Assembly: GCA_904063045.1 (NCBI GenBank)
Contig: CAJFCJ010000044.1
Span: 196,187 to 245,842 of the forward strand
Direction: 5' to 3'
Source: Dimorphilus gyrociliatus
Taxonomy: Eukaryota; Animalia; Annelida
Length of the DNA: 49,656 nucleotides
Part shown: piece by piece, positions 1 to 11,100 of the stretch
Layout of the letters: each line of letters starts with the position of its first letter
Position numbering within the stretch: the stretch's first letter is position 1
Position numbers and translations under genes: made by a program
Notes under the pieces: generated by a model
What the model was told of the DNA's origin: nothing
Database searches by the model: none
Seen by the model: the letters and a program-made list of their open reading frames with translations, nothing else

Positions 1-789
1 AATTGGAAAAAAGTAATTTTTTCTGATGAATCAAAGGTTGAGCTGCATCCTAGGAGAAGGGAGTTTGTTAGGAGGCCACTGGGTAAACGGAATGACCCCA
101 AATATACCACAAAAACAGTAAAATTTGGGGGAGGGAATATAATGGTGTGTGGCTACATTAAGTTCAATGGAGATAGGGGCCTAGCTTTACTGTCTAATCG
201 CATGACAGCTTCGGATTATGTCAAAATTTTGAGCAGTCATGTTGTCCCAAATTATAGGAGAGGGGAAATTTTCCAGCAGGATGGGGCTAGCTGTCATACA
301 GCAGCCAGAACAAAAGCATACCTCGAGAGAAAGGGAGTAGAAACACTGGATCCATGCCCAGATGTTCAGAGAGGAATTTTTTAAAATTTCAGAATTGGAA
401 ATTCAATTCTTATATGAGACAATGGAAAGAAGGCTTAAGGCAGTTGTAGAAGCTAAGGGTATGCACACAAAATATTAAGGCATTAAAAAATATAATATCT
501 TGTAAATAACAGTCAAAATAAGAACAAAAAATACTTTTAATATTCTTTTAGAGTAATTTTTGTGATTGTAACAAGTACTTATGCTCCCATAGAAAATAGG
601 CCTACCACATTAAAATATCAATAATTCAGAGATTTGAAATGAAAAACGTATATTTTCTCTCTATAATGATAAGAAGAATATTACTAAATATAATAATATC
701 CTTCATTGTCATTCTTTAAGTACAGAAAGAGAAAAAATCAAGAGAATATTATTTTTTTGAGGTGTAACAGTGACTTACTGCCGGTACTG
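1..789 (+). mobile_element. Tc1-family DNA transposon, 3' part; transposase internally deleted; right TIR plus TA target site
   Basis: Frame from base 1 reads NWKKVIFSDESK...KFGGGNIMVCG...IFQQDGASCHTA (first two catalytic D). The WPAQSPDLNPIE segment is missing, then the typical C-terminus RRLKAVVEAKGMHTKY* follows (~425-478). The element ends ...GCCGGTACTG (reverse complement CAGTACCGGC) at 789, followed by TA at 790-791. Confidence 0.92.
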
Positions 790-1588
790 TATATATTTTT
801 AAACCTAACCGTATTTCATTACCCTTTGTTATTTCGACACGTTATTACTTATTATTACTGTTATATTTACTAGTATATACCTTAAATCTTTAATGCGTAT
901 ATTGGTAAAGTTGGTGGAAATAGCTTTAACCTACACTCGCTACTCATTCATCGACTACATATTGAGTAAATGAGCTTCTAGTTCTAAACAAGCTAGTTTA
1001 AACAACCAGCTGACAGTTAGAAAACTGAACTATCAACTGTTAATTTTGTAGGGTTTATATACTCTTTTAATGGTTGACAGTTCACAAATTTCAACGTTCA
1101 CAACAACAAAAGTAAAAAAAACAGACATTACTAAGCAGTATTCCAGCCAGTACATTTATTTTTAGATGTTTTTTTAATACAGCAGTCCATAACGAAACCA
1201 GTTTAGCTTATAACTTGGCAAAATGCCCTTTTCATAAAGTATCTACAGTTAAAAGGAGAAAGAGCGGAGAATGTAAGTTTTAACTTGAATACATTAAAAT
1301 ATAATTCTTAAAGAGGGAAATACAACCTAGATAATTACAAACATTTTTGTGTTTATACCCTAGATCCTAAACAACTAACTACTATTTTAGTTTTCTTAAG
1401 TGAAACAAAAAAAAGGAGAACCAGAGGGAAAGAACAAGAAAATCTTCTTATTGTTATTGAATTATTAACAGTAAGTAAATTTATTGAATTGCATTCAAAA
1501 GTGGCTTTTTCAATGATATTTTGTTTTTATTCTATGTATAAGATTGATAACAACATTGATGTTGGAAATTATTGATTAATCAATAAGT

Positions 1589-4500
1589 ATGAATGACGAA
1601 AATACCATTCTAGAAAGACTTAAAAATATCTGCAAGAAAATTGATTTCAAGTACGATTCATTATCATTTTTGCATAAAGACAACTTTGATAAAATTGAAC
1701 CTTTGCTTGAATGTTCAACATTGGAAATATGTACAGATGGTGTAAAACACGAATTGACGGATAACTACCTTTGGACATTGTTATCAACTAGAAATGAAGT
1801 ATACCATTACATTACAGGTAATACTGGTGTAGGTAAAACTATAACTTTGGAACAAATGGCTAAAAAATGGTGTCAGGATTCTAAATTACAATCGAAATAT
1901 TTACCTTTCATACTAATAAAAGAAAATTCTGTTGAAACTCTTAGGCAGTTGACACGCAATGTATTGTTAGATGATTTGCAATCATTCACGAGAAAACCTA
2001 TACTATTAGTTGATAACGCAACAAAAAGCACAATTGAAGAGTTCCTTCAAAATTTGGAAAATCGACAAATTTGGTTTTATAAAGCAGTATTTTTCATGGA
2101 GAAGCATTGTTTTAATGAAATTCAAGAAAGAAATAATGGCATGACTATTAGACATGAAATTTTAGGATTTCATGTAAATGCAAATCCGACATTTTTTGAG
2201 AAATTTTTCACCATGTCAAATTTTGTTAGTGTTGGATTTATTAACATGAAAGATAAGAGATGTTCATCTGAGAAATATGACTTTTTGAAATTTAGAGATA
2301 TTGTCATTAAAAAACAAACTCTCAACCTATTATGTAAAATACCATTATACGCTACATATGTTGCGATACTTTGGAAATCAAATTGTAATATTGAATGTTT
2401 AACTGACAAGTATAGTATCTATAGTGAAATTGTTGAGTTAATTTTACTTGGTAAATCTGAGTCTGAGAAGACAGCTATGATTGAGAATGTTGGACAGTTT
2501 GCTTTTGAAAATATATTTGAAAACCAACAAAATTCTTTATCTAATCATAATCAGAATAACATATTATTCGAAATGATGAAATATCATTATGAAGCTAAAC
2601 AGTATTTTGCAGTTAGACACATTTATGATACTAAAAAAAAATATTCAAATATATTTCGAAATTCTTTGCAAGAATCTGTAATGCATCATGAAAATATTCT
2701 ACAATTTTTTAAGATGAAAATTCCCGAAATCTATTTAGAAATGTGTACAAAGAATCTGAATTATCTGGTATCTTGCAAAGAAATTTCCCAGAATTTTCTC
2801 AACATGATCAAACATGAAGTTGATGGAGTTTATAAATTGGAAAATGATATTTTTAGTTCGTTTTCCTTATCAGTTTTTATACGAAAAGAGACAATTATCA
2901 ATGAAATCGATTTTACTAACGTTTCATTTGATTTTGGCGAATTTGTTAAAAACAGCAAAAGTTATTTTAAACAATTGAAAAAATTTCAAATAATTGGAGG
3001 ACTAGAAAAAGTAATTTTAATGGAAAATCTGCATGATTTTCTAATCAATCATCTTCAAATTACTCATCTAGTACTTGATGATAATTTTATTAGAAAACAA
3101 GAAAATTCTTGTATTTTAATTATGATAGAAATTCTATCATTAGAATTTTTATCATTGGTTGGTTGTAGTATGACAGAAAGAGAATTTGAGATTCTTTTTA
3201 ATTGGTTAAGAGTTTGTAATAATTTAAATCATCTGAATTTATCAGACAATAGCTTAAATGGTAAATTTTTTATCATATTTATTAGATGTGTTTATAAAAG
3301 TTGATTTTTTAGAATCTGTCTTAACCTTTTTCTCTCTCTATCTATCTATATTTCTCTCTTTGTTTTTCTCCTCATTTTCTCTTGTTCTTTTTTTCTTTCC
3401 CTCTCTCTATCTACATCTCTCTCTGTCTTTCTCTTTTCTTCTTCTTCTCTGTGTCTCTCTTATTGTGTCTCCTCTAGTTTTCAAAAAGTAAAATCGTGAA
3501 TAGTCAATCAATCAATTTTGGTTTTTTTAACTTTTTCACAGATAGCAGCATGGAACAGTATCGTTCACTTTTGGAAAAGAAGAATCTAAATAAATTAAAA
3601 TGCCTGTCCTTAAAGAAATGTATGATTACCAAAACTGGAATGAACAGCCTATCTAAAGCTCTTAGTTATTTAAATGATCTTCGGATTATTCAACTAGATA
3701 ACAATGATTTTGGAAATGATACACTACGTAACCTATACAATGGATTAAAGGGATGTACTCAATTGGAGGAAATATCGCTGAAAGGATCCCAGTTGATATC
3801 ATTTGATTTTCAACTATACAAATTATTTGGAAATTTAAAAAGAGTATTTGCATGTAATAACTGTTTCATTGATTTAAGTTGGATTGATCCTGAAAGTTTT
3901 CCTAATGAATCAACGCATTTTAGCATGGCAAATATTCAAATGATATTACCTAAATCAGTAATCAATCATATTCTTCCAAAAACTTTAATTCATTTGAATA
4001 TTTCTGGATCAGACTTGGATAGATGGGAATCTGGGATTTTAGAAGTTATTTCAGAATTAACAAATTTAGAGTATCTGAAATTGAAGAAATGCAATCTGAA
4101 CAAAAATTCCATTGAAACTGTCAAAAATACTTTTGTAAGGCTAGAAAAATTAAAAAGTCTAGATTTTAGTAATAATAATCTTGGAAATGAATCATTTTTG
4201 AATTCAATATTAACAGTTTTAAATGAAAAAAAACACTTTTCAGAATTGTTTGTCAATGGCTGCTGTATACTTGATATCAATTTTGGTGATGATTCCCCAA
4301 TAAAATTATCAACATTTGATTTATCTAATAACAAACTTTCAGAAACAACTGTAAGAAATCTTGCAAACTTTTGGCTTGAGATGAACAAATTAGAAAAGAA
4401 AGTTGAATTTTATATGAGTAATTGCGTGAATCATTGGAATGGATTACTACAATCATGTCAACTAACAAATTTACTGGAAATAAAGAATTTAGCAGTACTA

Positions 4501-6618
4501 GATATCTCTTCAAATGGTATTGGAAAAACAAATATGGAGGAAATTTTAAGGAAATGTTATTTAAATTTAACAAATTTAACAGAAATATACATCTATAATA
4601 ATAAGTTAGAAGGGAATATCCTTTTTAAAATGATAGAGTATATCTTAAATATGAAAAAATTACAAGTTTTAAATAGTTCAAAACATTCAAAACACTATAA
4701 TTTTAAAATGGGTGAAGATTATTTTAAATTCAGTTTTCTTGAATTTATTGATGATATTGATAAAGATATTTTTAATTTATACAGACTTTTTGAAATAAGT
4801 ATGGTTATAAAGAATTCTGTTACCAGTAATATCCTTACAATCACTGAAAATAGGACACCATCCAAATATTTAAAATACTATTTAAATATTCTTATCTTTG
4901 GAAAATTTCAATTTTCAGCTTTAAATATTTCTCAAATTGTTTTGGATGAACAACATTTACAACTTTTTTCTCAGATATCATTTCTCAATAATATGCTAAA
5001 TTCATTATCTATTAATGAGGTCACTATTCGTTATACATCTCAAAATAGATTGAATTTTGGTAAAAATCTTAAAAATTTAACATTAATTAGATTGTTAAAT
5101 ATTGAATTTGTTCCGAGTGAAAATGAGCAACATTTTTGGGATCAAATACTTCAGAATTTCACTTGGAATACTAATAATTGTCCTGGATTGAATACATTGG
5201 TAATATCTTTTGGTGAATGTAATGTATCACATCACCTATCAAATATAATTAAAATCAATAGAGTAAGTTTAACAGCTATCTGTATTGAAAATTCAACAAT
5301 TGGATGTCGTATTTTAAGAACAATACGTAAAAATTGTAAAAATCTTCTTGAATTATCATTATGGCACAGTAAAATAAATTTGATTAGAGGTAGTGATCAG
5401 ACACTACTCACTAACATTTTTTCTTTTAATCAACAATTGAAATATATTGAATTGGGTCATTGCACAAATATTCCTCACTTCAATGATACATTACAACAAA
5501 TTGAAAAATTGGAGAAATTGGAGAAGTTAGGTGTAAGAAAACAAAAATTTTCAATAGAAAGATTATTAAATATTATAAGAGTTGAATGCCAACAACTATA
5601 TATGTTAGATATAGCAAAATGTGAATTAGGTGACAAGTCTATTAATAAATTTATGAGAAGAATTGAAGAGAAAAATTTATTTCAAATGCGTCAATTAACT
5701 TTAAGGAAAAACAATCTAAAAAGGGATGGATTTGATTCAGATCTACTTTGTAAAGTACTCAAGAGATTATGTTCTTTGGTAATCTTTTCAATCACTGAAA
5801 ATGAAATTGGTGATGAACATTGTTTAAAAATTCTTGAAACTTTACCAATTACGTGTAAAAATCTTCGAATGTTGTATATGAGCGATTGTAAATTATCATT
5901 AAAAAATGACACTAAACTCGTAAACTGTATTAAAAAGTTGCAACATTTACAAGTGGCAGTTTTAAACGAAAATAAGTATGAACAGACATTTTGTCTTGTG
6001 TTAGAATCATTTAATGGAAAATTATCACTAACAACTCTTAAATTGGGTAGTGTTACATTTTCTGATGGTGATTGGGAGTATCTTCAATTAAAGGAAAATC
6101 ATCCTTCTCCTCCAACAAGACAATCTGTTAAAATTATTTTAGAATCTTTTGAAAAATCATTCGATCGAATTTTCAATTTAACTCACTTAGATTTATCTAA
6201 AAATCAATTTGGAGATATTATTGGTAAAATACTATTTCAACAATTATCTAAGAATACTAAACTTTTACAAATTCTTGAATTCAATGATTGCCAATTTACA
6301 AGTCTAAGTATTCAATACTTTATCAATCTTTTGAAATGTTTAAAAGAGCTTAAAACATTATCTATATCTAAAAATTCATATGGAAACTGTGGACATGAAA
6401 TTTTATCAACTTTACATGCATTTTGTAAAAATATTACTAATATTTCAATGGATAATTGCAATTTGGAAAAATCAATTTGTTATGGAATCATTGAATTTTC
6501 GGAATTACCAAATAAACTTAAACTTGTATCCTTAAAAGATAATCCCAATTTGATTAATTTTATTCCTTACCTTGCTAATATTCAGTTTACAATAAAATAT
6601 GATAACAATGATGGTTAG
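1589..6618 (+). CDS. NACHT-LRR (NLR-like) protein, ~1582 aa, exons 1589-3260 and 3542-6618; extra 5' exons possible
   Basis: Walker A GNTGVGKT, degenerate Walker B ILLVDNA, helical-domain motif LCKIPLY, winged-helix-like KQYFAV, then a long run of RI-like LRRs. The phase-1 intron 3261-3541 (GT..AG) joins the two ORFs in frame (G+AT = Asp). Confidence 0.88.
3310..3478. repeat. Degenerate (CT)n/pyrimidine-rich tract inside the NLR intron
   Basis: Visible ctctct/tttc runs between donor 3261 and acceptor 3541. Confidence 0.85.
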
Positions 6619-6929
6619 TGAAGGAAATGTCTGTCTTCCTGTATAGATATGTGTAAAATGATGATGAATATCTTTACTTTGTTGTGTTATTAACTTGAAG
6701 GGGTTTTCCTTTTAATATAAAATCAGAATACAAAATATTCACAAAAAATCTGCTGAAATAGTAAAAATTCAAAAAGCCATAGGCTTAAAAATAATTACTC
6801 TAACATAGACGGAAGTAATTTATATATTTTGAATATCAAATGAGTTAGGATAAAATATAAATCAATTGATTATTTAAAGAAAACTTACTAAACTTGAATG
6901 TATCATAGCTCAAAAACTATAAAAGATAT

Positions 6930-7290
6930 TTGAATTCTGTAAAGAGATTTGAGATCTTCATTTGCATGGGCCTAGAAAAATCTTGCAATACTTTAACAAG
7001 TATTGATCTACATCTCTATAATTTAAATGAAAACACAATAGTCTGTTTTGGAAATCAATTAATTAATTTTACAGCAATTGAACAAATATTTCTAGGAGGA
7101 AATGTAAGGATGCTAGTTAGAATGGAAGAATATGATTCACTTAGAGTAGAAGGAAGATATCTATTTGTAGTAATGTCAACTACTACTGTACTAAATATGA
7201 ATAAAAATTTCGATCTTTTTCATTCAAGAAAGCTCTGTTATTAGTTGGGCTTTAGGCAAAAGTATATGTTTCAGTCAAATTGCTAATAAA
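6930..7290 (+). pseudogene. Chimeric dead fragment: one LRR unit (57-aa family) abutting an SRCR-like module
   Basis: ICMGLEKSCNTLTSIDLHLYNLNENTIVCFGNQLINFTAIEQIFLGGN aligns with the LRR units at 17.7-18.0 kb. It is followed by VEGRYLF...RKLCY*LGF, with TAG at 7242-7244 inside the SRCR C-x-x-LG motif. Confidence 0.6.
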
Positions 7291-7372
7291 GTGTTAGAAA
7301 GATATAGGAAACAAAGTTTTTAAATTTTTGTTGTTTTAAGATTATATGTTAACTTAGAAAAGTATGATACCT

Positions 7373-7436
7373 TTATAAGATTTTGTCTTTCGCCTATAGC
7401 ACGAAATTCCTAAGAATAGCATATAACGTTCTGTTT
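7373..7436. mobile_element. Minimal (~64 bp) internally deleted copy of the hairpin-ended dispersed repeat (copy A)
   Basis: ttataagattttgtctttcgcctatagcacgaaattcctaagaat matches 31726-31770 and is joined directly to tataacgttctgttt, which matches 32064-32078. Confidence 0.8.
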
Positions 7437-8178
7437 AATACCTATACAGTTGGATGTGGGATAAAACATCCTAATTTGCATGTCTTAATTTATTCTAACT
7501 CTATCCCATCAAGCTAAAACTTCAATGATTTCAATTCTCATAGCATTGTAATGAAATAAGTTAGTAGCGTTTGTTTGTAGTCTTCTCTCCAATTGTATTC
7601 AAAGAAGATTCAATTTTTTTTACATTAAAAACTTGTTCAATTCTTGTCTTAATTATCTCTTTTTTAAAATACACTTTTAGACTAAATCTATAAAATGTAC
7701 TAGAGCCAATCCTCTACTATTTTATATCTTTAAATATTATCTATGGTTTGAATAGAAGCAGTACTGTTGTAATTCTCGAACACAACATAAAAAGCAGTAG
7801 CAGTACAACATTTTCATTCATAACTTCATCATTAGCAATATGTTTAATAACACTGGATTATTGAAACAAAACAGCATCAACATTTTTAGGGTAAGACAAA
7901 ATCAAACTCACCAAAACCGTGTTTCTTTGTTTCATGACTAAAATAGTCAGTGACAGGATTTTTGCTAGTTGATAAAAAATTATTCTCAATTGCACTAAAG
8001 TTATCTTGATTGAAATTGAATAAAAAACGTGCTTGTGGAATTTCATTTCATTTTTTCATTACTTGAAAACAAAATTAAATCTCTTTCTTTTGTATCTTTA
8101 ATGGAAATCTTAATTATAATAAATAGAAACATAACATATACACTTAAGAAACAAGGAATAGAGAAAGAGACTACTATT

Positions 8179-11100
8179 ATGAATATTTATCAAATCATTC
8201 AAATTATTCAAATCTATCAACTATCTAAAAGCATTCAATTGCAAATCAATCCTCATTTGAAATTATATTTAAAATTTAATGATTATGATAGTGTTGATAA
8301 TGATGCTGCTGATGGCGATGATATCGATGATATCATTGCGAAAGGGATAGTTTATGTTAAAGATTCAAATATGAATAAAAGTAACTTTCTTTCTTTACGT
8401 AGTAAGAATATTAATTTTTTCATCATTAATAATATTTGTAAAAAACTTGGATATGAGTCATTCTATTCCTCGTACACATTGTATGAGATGGAGAAGACAT
8501 CAGACATATTTCTTTTATATTGTTACTCGCAAAATGATTGTAGCATTTTGTAAGTTTCTTGTTTATATTCTTTTAAATATCTAAAGATGTAAGAATTGGA
8601 TACAAAGAATTTTTCTATAGATTTAAGGAGTTATGGATGTCAGACAGTGCAATGAAGATATCTTGTGTAAAGAAAAATTTTACATGTAAACAATTAATTG
8701 ACAATCAAAACTCAGCAATGACAATTTCTTTCTTTTTTGTAGATCTGTTCACTAAAAGATTATCTGATAACATATACGAGCTATTTCATAAAACTGGAAA
8801 CAAAATATTCTCTATTAAACGTAATTCAATAACACCAAAGAGAATTTGCGGTGAAAGTAAATTCATATATCCATCTTCTGCTGGAATAATATTCAAAATT
8901 GAGAAATATGGACTTGAAATATATTCTTTTAATTTCTCAAAAAACACATGGTTTGTCCTTCAGAAGAGTAATTCAACAAAGTCAATGACTTGTTCATTTA
9001 TGGATTTAAATGGTAAGTTTGTTGCTTTTGATTGAATCCAATTTTTTAATCTTATCCTTTCATAGACTTTACAGTTGCTAAGGATACAAAAAATCAAATG
9101 GCTTTTCTTTATTTTCCGTATTCTAAAGAGATGCTCCCAAAATATCATATTCAATCAAAAACTTATGGCTTTTTGCAGCCAGCCTTTAATGCTGGAACAG
9201 ATGTAGATTTTGCATGCTTCATTGTATGTGAAATGATGTCGATGTATGTTGAAAAATCGAGTTGCACTTATCAAAGAGTTAATAAAAATATACCAATCCC
9301 TGTTTTAACAAAATGTTTAAAAGTCAAGGAATCTTTCCAAAATTGTTATATTACCTTTTCGAATGTTTCATCTATTGAATTTAACGTTCTAGTAAACTGC
9401 AATACAGACAAAAATGGTATTATTGTATAAAACTAACCAGAATTTACATTTTTTTAGTTTGTTTAATACTTTTTAATTCTCCAGTGGAAATACAGCTTAA
9501 AGATGTCAAGTACATATTACATAACAAACAGGATGGAGAGATATTTGATACAGGTGAAGTAAAGATAATTGGAAAGAAATTAACAGCCAATAAATCTTCC
9601 TCCTCTTCCTGGTTTTTGAATTATCAACATATGTCACTGTCAGTAACAAATACAATTTGTGAGAAATTGGGATATGACTCTATACATTCTATAACTAAAC
9701 CAAAAAATATGTCATTAAGTAAAGTTAAACTGTATCATTATCAATGTTACAGGAATGAACAGTGTCTTTGGTAGATCACTCAAACACTTTTAAAACTATC
9801 ATCATAAATTTAGTAAATCATTAAATAGGGTTTTAAGAATGAAAGTATCACCTTTAGAACTAAATTTAAAATGTTACAAGATTGATGTTCATTGTAAGAA
9901 GAAAGTAGAAGAATGCTAGAAATGATGTGACAGAAAAAATTTATAATGTATTTGTAATTTTCTTAACCATAACCCCAATACTTAGTTTAGATCCATCTGA
10001 CTATGAATTGGGAAAATTAACAACAATATACCAGGCAATCTCTAGTTGAAAATGAATATGGGAAAACTTTCTTTTCATTAATCCTATTCATCTAAAATAG
10101 CTGTCACATTTTTCTATCATTTTCTTGGATTTTCTCTACACTGTTTTATGCAAACTTCCACATTTCTGTTTTTCAGATGCTTTTGCTCTTGAGACTAAGA
10201 ACAATGTTTATAGTCTATTTATGAGAAAAAGTCTGCAAACAATCTATATTTATGCCTCAAGGTTGCATAGAGAAAGTCTATGCGCAAATGCATCATTTTC
10301 ATTACCCATTACGTCACAAAGTTCACTGTTAATTAGTTCAATTAAAATAACAAACTCAACTAAAAGTAGTGCTTCGCGGATAAAAATCAGCTGCTCATAC
10401 AAAGACCTCAAAGGTAAAGAGATTATTAGGATTATTGAAGGGATTATTTATCCTTTACTCGACTTGCATAGATATCAGAGTAGAAAGAAGTTCTTCAAAC
10501 TTTGAAAATAAAAAATATTGTGAATGGAACGATGCAACTGCAAACTTTGAATACTTTTTAGTATCAAAGACTTTTGGAGTATTCCTACCAACATATAATT
10601 TAACAGAGAGTAAAGTGCAAATCAACTTTAATGCTGTTTTTATCTGTCATCAGTTAGGGATGCTATTTATTTCTGTTATTCAATACGATTTACCTGTAAC
10701 CATTACGGTATGAAAATGTCCTAAATTCTCAGGGCAAACTCCATCCAAGCCAAAGGGGCTTTATCTTTTTTTCCTATTTAATTCTAGAAATCGTTGCCCT
10801 ACTTAAAAAAATGTAAAATTTTACAAGGAGATATTGCGTGTAATTTAGGTTTTATGACAGAATCAAATCCACAAAAAAGAAGCTATTTCCAACCTAAATG
10901 TGGTAGTAAAGGATCAGCTAGAAAAACTGGTAATAAAAAAATCTCTAAAATAATATTTTTTAAAAAAGAAAAATAGGACACAGATTACGAAATCTGAATA
11001 CAAATACATATATATATATTGATAAGACTGGTGGAAATTTCTCTCATTTTACTGGTGAATTTCAATATTTTATAGCTAATACATATTTATCAATCCAGCT

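Noticed and set aside
3258-3491. Hydrophobic S/L/F-rich ORF; also plus-strand ORFs at 23560-23942
   Set aside because: These are translations of a CT-rich intron and of the antisense strand of an E/K-rich exon; not genes.
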